Positions 1-10,392 are shown, numbered from the stretch's first letter. The stretch is 64,000 nucleotides of DNA from an uncultured Chthonomonadaceae bacterium (GCA_963835065.1 CAWIEK010000016.1:32001-96000), one strand, 5' to 3'. Notes: generated by a model not told the origin, from the letters alone. Program-made: numbers and translations.

Positions 1-243
1 GCCAGAACGGGGAATAACCAGACGCCGCGTGAAGACATTTTCATCATCAGGCTCCTTGTGTGCTGCCACACGGTTCCGATGCTGCCATCCAGGATAAAAC
101 AAAACTGGAACTGTATTCAGGCAAATTGTACCAGATGTACTTTTGTGATGCAAGCGACATCCCGAACCGCTATTTATGTACGTGCCAGAACTCCTGCATG
201 GATTGCAGGTTTTACCGGCATCACCCTTCGGCTAAGGACTGCA

Positions 244-861
244 TTACGCCATGGAGCCGGCTACGATTTCCCTCAGTGTCCACTGCCCCTGCTTCTTTTC
301 CAGCAGGATCAAGTCGCTTTCTCCACTCAAACCACCAGAACTGCGAGAAATGTACACCAGCGCCGTTTGGTGGTCTGCTGAATAACCGGGCAGGGAAACT
401 TCCAGAAAACCATCCGTGTGCGGATATTTCTTGTAGAAGTCTTTCCACCAGTGGTGTTCAAATATCTTGTCTATGTCGCTGCCGGGCACAGGGGTAAGCG
501 GAACCCCCATGCTAAGGGCAGGGACTTTGTGCGGCGAAGCGTTGCGGCGGGCAAAGTCCTCGAAAGCTTCTTGCATTGCCTTTGCGGGATGCCTGCGTTT
601 GTGTCTATCAAAGGAGAAAGCGGCGCGAAGATGTTTCAGCGGTATCGTGTCGCGCTTGATGACAAAGCCCTGATGCCACTCGGTATACTGCTTTGCGAGA
701 ATAAAACTCAATACTCCGCTGTCCTCAGAGGAAACAGGAACAGCGGAAGATTGCGCCGGCCCGGTAGTGATAGCCACAGCAGGGCGGTCAGCGGGTTGGG
801 TTTGCCAACAGGGAAGACAGGCGCAGACGGCGAGAAATAGATCGGCTTTAAACATCTTCAT
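244..861 (-). CDS. hypothetical exported protein
   Basis: ATG at 861 overlaps the stop of the upstream ORF (ATGA); hydrophobic N-terminus; no family recognised. Confidence 0.6.
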   Translation of the reverse strand: MKMFKADLFLAVCACLPCWQTQPADRPAVAITTGPAQSSAVPVSSEDSGVLSFILAKQYTEWHQGFVIKRDTIPLKHLRAAFSFDRHKRRHPAKAMQEAFEDFARRNASPHKVPALSMGVPLTPVPGSDIDKIFEHHWWKDFYKKYPHTDGFLEVSLPGYSADHQTALVYISRSSGGLSGESDLILLEKKQGQWTLREIVAGSMA

Positions 862-1238
862 AGCTTTATCGGCGGTAAAGACAGCAACGCAGAAACATAA
901 CCGAACCACAGCACTGCATAGAACAACGAAACTTCCACGGACGCAGGCGTAGTACACAACAGGCTCCATACGATTGAAAATAACAGCCGCTTCCCCCACG
1001 CCAACGACCCTCTTTGTTCTCGCCAACGTTTCACAAATAACAGAGGAGGAAGGAGAAACCATAGCAGCGAACCGACAGTTATCCACCAAGTCCATCCGCC
1101 GCAACTATGAAAGAATTCTTGTCCTATAGATACATAACGCGGAAGGCAAGAAGGAGCAGGCATGATCCCGACTACAAGAACAACAATCAGGTACATCAAG
1201 ATTTTTGTCGGTATGGATGATTTACCGTGAAATTGCAC
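858..1238 (-). CDS. hypothetical membrane protein
   Basis: Several hydrophobic segments; abuts both neighbours. Confidence 0.6.
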   Translation of the reverse strand: MQFHGKSSIPTKILMYLIVVLVVGIMPAPSCLPRYVSIGQEFFHSCGGWTWWITVGSLLWFLLPPLLFVKRWREQRGSLAWGKRLLFSIVWSLLCTTPASVEVSLFYAVLWFGYVSALLSLPPIKL

Positions 1239-1699
1239 TACTCTTTGGCTCCCGCCTGTTGAAGAAGGTGAACAATATCGGCCTCGTCGGAATTCTGCGC
1301 CTGCTGCAATGGCGTGAGTTGGGACTGATTCCGAACTTTTACCTTCGCGCCCTGCTCAAGAAGCGCAGCCATAATTGGCGCGTAGCCCCGGTGTTTCTGG
1401 ATCGTGATGCAGCGGCCATTTGCGGACATGGCATTGGTGGTAGCTGTGACGGGCGACTCAGCGGCCAAACTTATCACGTACTGCCCGCTTGCATCCTTCG
1501 CGTTTACGTTTGCGCCTTTGCGCAGTGCCGCCTGTACTTCCTCAACATCGCCCCGACGAACGGCTGCCACAAGTTCGGCATCGCGCTGCGCCTGTGACTC
1601 CATCAGTCGCCAAGGCAAGCCACTCCGTACAGCCAACAGCGCGAACAGCAGACCACAAACGGGCAGGGCAAAACGGGAGTAAAGGAGGGATGTTGTCAT
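1238..1699 (-). CDS. ankyrin-repeat protein with N-terminal membrane anchor
   Basis: AAVRRGDVEEVQAALRKGANVNAKD and TPLQQA...IVHLLQQAGA ankyrin motifs. Confidence 0.85.
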   Translation of the reverse strand: MTTSLLYSRFALPVCGLLFALLAVRSGLPWRLMESQAQRDAELVAAVRRGDVEEVQAALRKGANVNAKDASGQYVISLAAESPVTATTNAMSANGRCITIQKHRGYAPIMAALLEQGAKVKVRNQSQLTPLQQAQNSDEADIVHLLQQAGAKE

Positions 1700-2298
1700 G
1701 GCTGCTTCTCCTCAGAAACGAGAAGCGGCTGCCAGCGAATCTCACTCACTCTGTATGAATTGCGCAGCTTCGCGTGACCGTCCATTAAGCCGTAAGTATT
1801 GCCGCCACTATGCCGCGCTGTGGGAGGCAGGTTCGCCTTTCCACCGGTGACATTCCAAATGCTTGCGTCACTCTCGAAAAGATAAATAGTCGCTGCGGGT
1901 TCGTCCATAGCCGTCATTGTCTGCCCGCCGATGGCTTGATTGGAAGCGTAACTGAATGGTGACGCGCTGTCCCGGCAATGCCATACATTAGAACCGTCCG
2001 GTTTCACTACATATCTGTCGGACAATGCGGCCCACTGTGAGGAAGTAGGAAACGTCTCGTCCCAATCTGCGCAGTATTGCAGAGCGCCAAGTCCTATCTG
2101 CTTGACATTGCTGAGACAGATGGATTGATGAGCTTTTTCCCGCGCCGATGCGAAACAGTGAATTAGACCGCCCACAAAGAACCAGACGAAAGGCAATGCC
2201 AACAACGCGCAGCCCATCCTTCGGATTGGACGGGAAACACGCAAACCTCGCAGCGACATAACCGCCTCCGTTCTCAACAAAACACGCGCAAACCTCAT
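1696..2298 (-). CDS. DUF1559-family protein
   Basis: AREKAHQSICLSNVKQIGLGALQY and C-terminal HSGGNTYGLMDGHAK; start uncertain. Confidence 0.8.
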   Translation of the reverse strand: MRFARVLLRTEAVMSLRGLRVSRPIRRMGCALLALPFVWFFVGGLIHCFASAREKAHQSICLSNVKQIGLGALQYCADWDETFPTSSQWAALSDRYVVKPDGSNVWHCRDSASPFSYASNQAIGGQTMTAMDEPAATIYLFESDASIWNVTGGKANLPPTARHSGGNTYGLMDGHAKLRNSYRVSEIRWQPLLVSEEKQP

Positions 2299-2359
2299 TT
2301 CCTCATTCGCCGCATCCTGTAAAGTTCCTGCTTGCCTTTATAGAGGAAAGGTGAAGGAA

Positions 2360-2460
2360 TAGACAGGATTAACAGGATTTTCAGGATTAGACAGGATTAT
2401 GAAGAAAACTTCAAAAGAAATCCTGTTTAATCCTTCTAATCCGTGTTAATCCTGTCTATT
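2360..2460. repeat. inverted array of ~9-bp ACAGGATT units (palindromic element)
   Basis: agacaggattaacaggattttcaggattagacaggatt followed by aatcctgtttaatcc...gttaatcctgtct. Confidence 0.75.
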
Positions 2461-2503
2461 TCTCTTCTTTGGTTCGCTGTACCGGGAAAACGGCTTGAAA
2501 AGC

Positions 2504-2541
2504 AAACCGGCAAAGCGCAATCAACAGCGCCCTGCCGGTTA
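2504..2541 (-). terminator. probable intrinsic terminator of the small-ORF operon
   Basis: aaccggca..gcgc / gcgc..tgccggtt hairpin with T-rich tail on the minus strand. Confidence 0.5.
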
Positions 2542-2566
2542 ATGGAAGGTGTATACGGTATGTGGA

Positions 2567-2791
2567 TTACGCAACCTTTGATTTCAGCTCTTCGTCTTCG
2601 CAATTTTTAACCTTCTGGTCACGATACCATTGCGCCACTTCCTCGTTCATGTCGGTTTCTTCCACGCCTTCGGGACGGCGGCGCAGCATGGCGTCCAGTT
2701 CTTCCGGTGACAGGGCGCGTAAGTCATTCAGAACCGCAGCAACCACCTTTGGATGATCGGGAGGAAAATTCAGTTTGCCGTTTTTCTTCAT
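2567..2791 (-). CDS. small acidic protein, paralog of 2967-3190
   Basis: DHPKVVAAVLNDLRALSPEELDAML...EGVEETDMNEEVAQWYRDQ aligns with the neighbouring ORF; TAATG coupling. Confidence 0.75.
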   Translation of the reverse strand: MKKNGKLNFPPDHPKVVAAVLNDLRALSPEELDAMLRRRPEGVEETDMNEEVAQWYRDQKVKNCEDEELKSKVA

Positions 2792-2970
2792 TATCGCACC
2801 TGTTGCCGCACTGAATGAGTGGCGCGTAGCCCCGCTTCTAACAGCGCAGTCAACTCTTCTTCACTTTCGCCACTTTCAGCAAAACCCTGACGTATGGGCG
2901 CAAGCACGGTATCAAAACTTTGAGCCGTGCTGAATGTGTTCTCGTGTTCTAACTCTGATTGTGAAGTCAC
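2791..2970 (-). CDS. 59-aa small protein, not in ORF track, antitoxin-like
   Basis: GTG overlaps the upstream stop (GTGA) and its TAA overlaps the next ATG; MTSQSELEHENTFSTAQSFDTVLAPIRQGFAESGESEEELTALLEAGLRATHSVRQQVR. Confidence 0.65.
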   Translation of the reverse strand: MTSQSELEHENTFSTAQSFDTVLAPIRQGFAESGESEEELTALLEAGLRATHSVRQQVR

Positions 2971-3190
2971 GCCGCCTTGTCTTCAACCTTGACGCCTTCC
3001 CCGCATTTTGCCCTTTGCTCCCGATACCACTGCGCCAGTTCCTCATTCATATTCGTCACTTCGACACCTTCTTTGCGGTAGGAGAGCATAGCGTCCAACT
3101 CTTCTATGGGCATCGTGCGCAAATCTTCAAGAACAGCAGCTATAACTTCAGGATCGTGAGGGTCACGTTTACGCGCCTGTTTTCTGCTCA
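2967..3190 (-). CDS. small acidic protein, paralog of 2567-2791
   Basis: RBS GGAGGG upstream; HDPEVIAAVLEDLRTMPIEELDAML...EGVEVTNMNEELAQWYREQ. Confidence 0.75.
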
Positions 3191-3226
3191 TTAATCTTCC
3201 CTCCATTTCATCGCCAAGCACATTGA

Positions 3227-3766
3227 TCAATCGAATTGTACCAGATGTAGATGTGATAGACAAGAGGCGTCACGAACGGCGATTTGAGTATGGGCCAGAC
3301 TTAGGATTTTCGAGCCGGGATATACAGGTTCACCCTCCGGGTAAGAACCGCGAACGGTTTGATACTGTATTCCACTGTTTTTCTTTACCCTCTCACAGTA
3401 CGTATTGACTACAGCACAATCCAGCATGTAGCGTCCACTATCTAAATTGCGCGGCAGTCTTCGCCCAGTATAACGCTTTTCCACAACACTGTAAGCGTTG
3501 ATTAACTCTTGAGAGTATTGTGTATCCAGCAGATTTAGGCAGCGACCAAGACGAATGGTGACGCCGACCACGGCCGGTTCCCCACCTTGACGGGCACACA
3601 ATGCCTGTGCCCAATCTAAAGCGCGGTAGGGTGCGTACTCCCAAAAATAGATGCCTTCTCCCAACCAATCATATACGTTCGTCGAAGTCACGAAACGATT
3701 TTCGGAGAGAATTTTCACGGCTACTTCCCGCCTACAGCCATGAAAGCCGACGACATTACGCGGCAT
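3227..3766 (-). CDS. putative ADP-ribosyltransferase-fold protein
   Basis: GFHGC, WLGEGIYFW and TQIAVR motifs in the order of the H-Y-[EQ] ART triad. Confidence 0.6.
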   Translation of the reverse strand: MPRNVVGFHGCRREVAVKILSENRFVTSTNVYDWLGEGIYFWEYAPYRALDWAQALCARQGGEPAVVGVTIRLGRCLNLLDTQYSQELINAYSVVEKRYTGRRLPRNLDSGRYMLDCAVVNTYCERVKKNSGIQYQTVRGSYPEGEPVYPGSKILSLAHTQIAVRDASCLSHLHLVQFD

Positions 3767-3816
3767 GAATGTCGGGCGTTTGGTAAGAAAAGTTTCTGCG
3801 TCCAAGTCAATCCTTG

Positions 3817-3885
3817 TAAGTGAGAGTGAGAGTGGAGAGTGAGAGAAAGACTTGTTTACTCTCACTCTCCACTCTCACTCTCTAC
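3817..3885. repeat. heptamer inverted-repeat element (GAGAGTG / CACTCTC)
   Basis: tgagagtgagagtggagagtgagag...ctctcactctccactctcactctc. Confidence 0.8.
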
Positions 3886-3890
3886 TTCCT

Positions 3891-5474
3891 CTACGCAATC
3901 AAATCAGCAATGACGCGGGCGGGTTCTACGCCGCTTAGACGCTGATCGAGTCCCTGATACTTGAAGGTGAAGCGCTCGTGGTCGAAGCCTAACAGACGCA
4001 TGACTGTTGCGTGGAAGTCGTGGATGTGGACGGGATTTTGCACGATGTTGTAGGAAAAGTCGTCGGTTTCGCCGTACACGGTTCCCGGCTTGCTGCCGCC
4101 GCCCGCCATCCACATCGTAAAGCAGCGCGGATGGTGGTCGCGCCCGTAGTTTTCGTGCGACAGGCCACCCTGCGAGTAAATGGTACGCCCGAACTCGCCG
4201 CCCCAAATGACGAGGGTATCTTCCAGCATCCCCCGCGCTTTCAAGTCCTGTATCAAGCCCCAGCACGGCTGATCCACGTCCTTGCACTGGCTTGGCAATC
4301 TGCCCGCGACATTTGAGTGCGTGTCCCAGTTGTTGTGGTAAATCTGCACGAAGCGGACGCCCCGCTCCACCATGCGCCGCGCCATCAAAACGGAATTGGC
4401 GAACGTGCCGGGCTTGCGGGCTTCCTCGCCGTACAATCCATACGTGCTTTCGGGTTCGCTTTTGATGTCGGTCAATTCGGGAACACTGGCCTGCATCCGA
4501 AACGCGAGTTCGTACTGCTGGATGCGGGTATGCGTTTCCTCGTCGCCCACGATTTTGTAGTTCATTTCGTTGAGCGATCTCAGACCGTCGAGGGTATCGC
4601 GGCGTACCTGCGACGTGACGCCAGGCGGATTGTTGATGTACAATATCGGGTCACCGGCGGAGCGGAACGACACGCCCGCGTGTTGTCCCGGCAGATACCC
4701 GGACGACCAAAGACGGGCGGAAATCGCCTGTACCTGATCCTGATTGGAGGGGCGGGCGACAAGCACCACAAACGTCGGCAGGTTGTGGTTCAGAGAACCC
4801 AGGCCATACGAGACCCACGACCCCAGACACGGACGTCCCGTAACCTGATTGCCTGTTTGCATATAGGTAATGGCGGGTTCGTGATTAATGGCATCTGTGT
4901 GCATGCTGCGAATGAAGCACATATCGTCCACCATGCGAGACGTGTACGGCAGCAGTTCCGACACCATCATGCCCGATTTGCCATGCCGTTCAAACTTGTA
5001 GCGCGAGGGGGCAATCGGAAACCGCGCCTGTCCCGAAGTCATGGTCGTCAGGCGCTGGCCGTTGCGGACGGATTCGGGCAGGTCTTTGTCGTAGTACGCC
5101 TGCATGTTGGGCTTGTAGTCGTACAGGTCCATTTGGGGAGGCCCGCCTACCATGTGCAGGTAGATGACGTGCTTGGCTTTACCGGCGAAATGCTGCACGA
5201 CGGGCGGCAGGTCGGTCGGCGAAACCACATCGCCCAGGCCGGAATGGGGGTCAATTTTAGCCGCCTTGACGCGCCCATTGCCCGCCCCGTTCGGGTTCTG
5301 CGCGGCGAGGGCGCTTCCACCAAGTGAGGCCATTGCCGCCATGCCGAGCGCGTTCATGCCCCGGCTGAGGAACTGCCGTCGTGATTCCAGCCTCACCCAT
5401 TCTTCCACGTCGGGATGAATGATCTCTTTGTCGCCTTTGAAGTGACGCCAGTTGTCGTTACTATTTTTGCTCAT
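3891..5474 (-). CDS. DUF1501 domain sulfatase-like protein
   Basis: Tat-like SRRQFL; GKAKHVIYLHMVGGPPQMDLYDYKP; VIWGGEFGRT; GRDHH. Confidence 0.92.
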   Translation of the reverse strand: MSKNSNDNWRHFKGDKEIIHPDVEEWVRLESRRQFLSRGMNALGMAAMASLGGSALAAQNPNGAGNGRVKAAKIDPHSGLGDVVSPTDLPPVVQHFAGKAKHVIYLHMVGGPPQMDLYDYKPNMQAYYDKDLPESVRNGQRLTTMTSGQARFPIAPSRYKFERHGKSGMMVSELLPYTSRMVDDMCFIRSMHTDAINHEPAITYMQTGNQVTGRPCLGSWVSYGLGSLNHNLPTFVVLVARPSNQDQVQAISARLWSSGYLPGQHAGVSFRSAGDPILYINNPPGVTSQVRRDTLDGLRSLNEMNYKIVGDEETHTRIQQYELAFRMQASVPELTDIKSEPESTYGLYGEEARKPGTFANSVLMARRMVERGVRFVQIYHNNWDTHSNVAGRLPSQCKDVDQPCWGLIQDLKARGMLEDTLVIWGGEFGRTIYSQGGLSHENYGRDHHPRCFTMWMAGGGSKPGTVYGETDDFSYNIVQNPVHIHDFHATVMRLLGFDHERFTFKYQGLDQRLSGVEPARVIADLIA

Positions 5475-5535
5475 GGTTTGTTCTCACGGATCGTTCTCGC
5501 AGGTAGTTCTCACAAAGCATTGTCACGAATGATTT

Positions 5536-8500
5536 TTACTGATTGAGAACTTCGTCCAGGTTCATCAGTTGGTTCGCCAGCATTGTCCACGCGGCCAGAG
5601 TTTCGGGCTTGATTGTGGCATCGGGCTTGGACTCGCCCGTTGCGATCAGTTCCTGCGCTTCTTTGGGATGGCCGGCATAGAACGTCAGCAGAGCCGACAG
5701 CGATTTACGGGCAACGGCCAGTTCTTCGGGCCGGAACGGGCGGGAAAGCAATCGTTTCGCCATGTAGTTGATGCGGGCGTCTACGCTTATGGTATTAGCC
5801 GCAAGCGCCTGAATTGCTTCCCGTCGTTGTGGTTTGCAGACTTACTTGCTTGATGGTGGCGCTGCCGGTGGGTTGGACTGCCTTGCGTGAGGGCGTGTTG
5901 CGCTAAGACGCGGGCGGCTTCCACAAACTGCACGTCGTTCAGTGTTACCAGGGCTTGCAGCGGCGTGTCGGTGCGTTCGCGGCGGACGACGCAGGTTTCG
6001 CGGCTTGGGGCGTTGAAAATGTCCAGCGAGGCCGGGGGCGCGGAGCGTTTCCAGAAGGTGTACAGGCTGCGGCGGTACAGGTTTTCGCCCATGTCGCGCT
6101 TGTAATCGCGCGTGTTGCTGCCGATGATGGCAACGGCTTCCCACACGCCTTCGGGCTGATAAGGCTTCACGCTCGGCCCGCCGATTTTGGGAACCAGCAG
6201 CCCGCTTGCGGACAGGGCGTAATCGCGCACCATTTCGGCATCCATGCGGAAGCGCGGCCCGCGCGACAGCAGCAGGTTCTTCGGGTCTTTGCGGTTCTTT
6301 TCCGGTGTCGTCACCGCCGACTGCCGATACGTCGCCGACATCACCATCAGTTTGAAGAATTTCTTTATATCCCAGTTGCAGGCGAGTGATGAGTGATGAG
6401 TGATGAGTGATGAAAGGGGATTGGCTTCATCCTTCATCCTTCCGCCTTCATCCTTGCTTGCGAACGTGACTGCCAGCCAATCGAGCAGTTCCTGATTGGA
6501 GGGGAGTTCGCCGGTGACGCCGTAGTCGCCGGACGTGCGGACGATGCCGGTTCCGAACAATTCCTGCCAGAAGCGGTTGACGGTGACGCGGGCGGTGAGC
6601 GGGTTCGTCGGGGATACGAGCCAGCGGGCAAGGCCGAGCCGGTTTGCGGGCAGGCCGGTGGGGAGCGGACCGAACACGGCGGGCGGCAGGGCCGTGACTT
6701 TTTCCTTGCGCTTGTCGTACTCGCCCCGGGCCAGAATAAACGCGGCGGCTTCCTCGCTGCGCTCGTTCATGATGTGGGCTTCCGTGCCGCGCTTTTTCAG
6801 CATCTGCGACTCGGTTTCCAGCGCGACGAGTTTGGAGTTCAGGCCGCGATAGGCTTCATCCTTGCCCCCCAGCCACCATTGGAACAGTTCGTCCTTTTCG
6901 CCTGCGGCCAGAGTTGCGCCCTTGCCAAGCAGGTACGCGGCGCGAGTTGAAGTGGCAAGGGAATTCGCGTCTTCAGGGGTCAAGGCTTTGGCGTACAGGC
7001 GCACGTCCTGAATGGAAACGCCATCTACGCCGGATGTGGAATGGCGCTGCCCGATCTTGAACGGAACCGTTGTGCGGATGGTATCTTTGAGGGCGTTGGC
7101 TTCATCGGTAGTGACTTTTGCCACGCCGTCAATGTAAATGCGAACGCCGCTTGTATTGCCGTTGCCGTTGTAGGTGATGCAGACGTGATGCCATTGGTTG
7201 GGCGACAGCGGCTCCATGACAACGGTTTTCAGGGCGTTTTCGGGCCACTTGTTGATGATGTGGGTGGCGACGCGGCTGCCTTGCAGCCACATATCCCAGC
7301 CCCGAAAAGCGTGTAAATCGTCCATGCGGGCCATAATCGCGCCGTTGGCATTGCCATCCGGGACTTTCACCCACGCGGCGTAGGAAAAGGCTTGATTGCG
7401 GTCAAAATCGCCCGCGTTCGGGACTTCGATCACGCTGCCGGCTTTGCGCTGGAACGCTTTGGGCGCGACCTGCCCCTCGGCCCACGCGGGATCGGCAAGC
7501 GCGGTCAGTTTCAGCGCCTTGCCGTCGAGCGTGGCCTGAACATCGCGGCCCTGCCCCTCGTTCAAGGGCGCATGAAACAGCAGATTGTCGGCGGGAATGG
7601 CGGAAGCAACGACCTGCGCGTTGGCTTTGCCCATCCATTGCTCAAAATCGGGTTGAGCCTGCTGCTTGCGCTGCTCGATCTGCTGCCGGGCGGCGGTGAT
7701 TTCCCCACCAATCGCGTCGAAACGGGCGCGGTCTTCCTCGCGGGGAACCATGATGACGGGCGGCGTGTTCTGGATGTTGCCGTCCATGACCGGCTGCGTG
7801 GTATTGTTAAAAAAGGCCGAAAACGCATAAAAGTCTTTTTGCGTGAACGGGTCGAACTTGTGGTCGTGGCACACGGCGCAGCCCAATGTGGAGCCTAACC
7901 AGACCTGCGTGGTGGTTTCCGTGCGGTCACGGGCGTACAGGACGCGGTACTCTTCCTCAATCGCGCCGCCCTCGTTGGTGGTGATGTTGCACCGGTTAAA
8001 GCCCGTTGCAATCTTCTGGTCAAGGGTGGGGTTGGGCAATAAATCGCCGGCAAGCTGCTCTATGGTGAACTGATCGAAGGGCAGGTTGCGGTTGAAGGCG
8101 TTGATGACCCAATCGCGATACGACCAGATTTCGCGGTAGTTGTCGAAGTGGATGCCGTTGGTGTCGGCGTAGCGGGCCGCGTCCAGCCAGTAGCGGGCGC
8201 GATGCTCGCCCCAGTGCGGATCGGCAAGGGTTTTGTCCACCAGTTTTTCATAGGCGTTGGGGGATTTGTCGGCGACAAAGGCGTCCACGTCGGCGGGTTC
8301 GGGCGGCAGGCCGGTCAGGTCGAGGCTCAGGCGGCGGGCAAGGGTTCGCCTGTCGGCTTCGGGCGCGGGGGATAGGCCGGCTTTTTCCATGCGGGCAAGC
8401 ACGAAGCGGTCAATGGGGTTACGCGCCCAGGCCGCGTTCTTGACGGGCGGCAGGGCGGGACGAACGGGCGGAATGTACGCCCAATGCTGCTCATACGCCG

Positions 8501-8888
8501 CGCCCTGCGTAATCCAGCGCTTCAAGGTGGCGATTTGCGCGGCGGTCAGCGCCTTGTGGCCTTCGGCGGGCGGCATGATAGCGCCCTGCCCGGTCACGCG
8601 CCGGATGAGTTCACTGGCGTCGGGCTTGCCTTTCACGATGGCGGCGTGTCCGCTCCGGTCCATTGTGGCGTCGGCAAAGCGGTCCAGGCGCAGGTTGGCC
8701 TTGCGCGCGGCGGAGTCCGGGCCGTGACAGGTGAAACAGTTTTCCGCCAGAATGGGCCGTATGTCGCGGTTGTAGCGCAATACGCCCGGCTGTGGCGCGG
8801 ACTGACTGCGACCCGCGACAAGCAGCAAAGCAAATGCCGCCCATTTCGTCGTTGAATGTGGTAAACGTGTGCTATGTGCAGCCGTCAT
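5536..8888 (-). CDS. PSD1/planctomycete cytochrome c protein (DUF1549 + LamG + DUF1553), frameshifted near 5.8 kb
   Basis: YNRDIRPILAENCFTCHGPD, CAVCHDHKFDP, TARVTVNRFWQ, TPLQALVTLND; C-terminus in ORF 5536-5763. Confidence 0.9.
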
Positions 8889-9124
8889 GCGTTGCCCTGC
8901 CTCCTGTGGCGTGATGCGATGGCGCGTTGGTATCAGCGCGGGGAGTAGTTTCGCGAATATTGTATCATATCGCGCGACGGATGTGCCGAACCGTCGCGCT
9001 TCTCTCTTCTGTCAGAGCGCGAAACCTGCCACCGGTTACAGCATTTTGGGTTAATCTTTCGGAGCGAACATGATATACTAAATGGACAAACCCGTTGATA
9101 TAAAAAATTGAGGAGAATCAAGCC

Positions 9125-9685
9125 ATGTTTCGACCCGAAATTGCGGCGGCAATGGCAGCCTACTTTTTAAGGCAAGCGCCGGAACAGAAACTCACCGATC
9201 TCGCGCTGATGCGGCTGATGGTTCTTTCTGAGCGGGAGTGTATGGCACAAACCACGTCACTTCTCACCGGCAGCGCGTTTGTGAGTACGCCGCATGGCCC
9301 GGTGTTGTCCGAAGTGTTGGATTTAATGACGGGAAGGATCGTTTCTCCCGCGTGGGATCGCTGTATCGGGTATGTCCCTCATGGCGAGTGGGGTACACGC
9401 GCGAATTACTGCTGCCTGCAACAAAACCTTGATGTTGGGGAAACCCTGAGCGAATTCGAGATTGGCCTTCTGGAGTGTGTCTGGAACCGGTTCGGGCAGA
9501 AAAGCAGGTGGGAGATCGCCGATATTCGCCATGAATTTCCAGAATGGGACAGCGCCTGTGCCGAAACACAAACCTCACGTCCGATTTCTATCCAATCCAT
9601 CTTTGAATTAGGGTTGCAGGAAAGCCGGCAAGTAGCCACAGAGCGAACGAGTGAACTAGAATACTTCGAGGCGGTATCCGCGTAA
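9125..9685 (+). CDS. Panacea (DUF4065/SocA-like) antitoxin
   Basis: LMRLMVLSER...LTG..FVSTPHGPVLSEV and HEFPEW motifs. Confidence 0.8.
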   Translation: MFRPEIAAAMAAYFLRQAPEQKLTDLALMRLMVLSERECMAQTTSLLTGSAFVSTPHGPVLSEVLDLMTGRIVSPAWDRCIGYVPHGEWGTRANYCCLQQNLDVGETLSEFEIGLLECVWNRFGQKSRWEIADIRHEFPEWDSACAETQTSRPISIQSIFELGLQESRQVATERTSELEYFEAVSA

Positions 9686-9686
9686 C

Positions 9687-10157
9687 GTGGTGAATACAGG
9701 CGCTAAAAACGGAGTGGCTGAAGGGAATGTCTACAAAATTGACTTGCAAAATGGCAAGCCAGCCCACTACTACATCATCCTGAATGAGCCTCGAATTTTA
9801 GACGGAAAATTTCTGGCGGCTTCCTTTACGGATCGTCACAATTTTCCGTCCAATACCGATGTTTGGCCTCTTGACTATCCTTTATGCCCCACCCTTCTCC
9901 TTGCAAAACCTTCTGTGATTGCTCTGCGTTACGTGGAACTGAGGGATCAGCATTGGCTCAACGCGGATACCGTCGAATTCGTAAGCCGCAGTACGCCTGA
10001 CGCACTTAAGCGAGCAAGGTGTAACATCTTCTGGTTTTCACAGTTTTTGAGAGTAGATGTTCTGAAATTTGCGAGGTTCTACGAAAGCGAATGGAAACCC
10101 ACTTGTGGGGCGGTTCCGCAAGGAACACCGAAACCTATGGAGAACGCTTCTCCCTGA
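9687..10157 (+). CDS. putative toxin partner of the Panacea protein (possibly PemK/MazF-like fold)
   Basis: Starts 1 nt after the Panacea stop; GNVYKI...HYYIILN...FLAASFT beta-strand pattern. Confidence 0.55.
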   Translation: MVNTGAKNGVAEGNVYKIDLQNGKPAHYYIILNEPRILDGKFLAASFTDRHNFPSNTDVWPLDYPLCPTLLLAKPSVIALRYVELRDQHWLNADTVEFVSRSTPDALKRARCNIFWFSQFLRVDVLKFARFYESEWKPTCGAVPQGTPKPMENASP

Positions 10158-10239
10158 GTCCTCTGGCCGAATGGGAGTAGATCACGGACGCGCGGAACCG
10201 GCGCAAGCAAAGGATGAAAAGACAAGGATGAAGGATGAA

Positions 10240-10392
10240 AAAGGAAATATGTAGAGGCAGCGTCGAAATCTTGGCAATACAGCGCTTCCAGCCCGATGTC
10301 TCGTTGTGTCAAGTTGTAGAAGAGAGGCGTCGTGACCTCAACAGCGTCAGGGCGAACGGGAGGGGTGGAGCATGGGCCTGTACCTCCTTTAC
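10240..10392 (-). other. conserved stand-alone element, copy 2 (UGA-containing small ORF or ncRNA)
   Basis: 9 differences in 127 nt from the copy at 35254-35380; AAAGGAGGT then ATG at 10373; in-frame TGA at 10347-10349 and 10338-10340. Confidence 0.75.
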
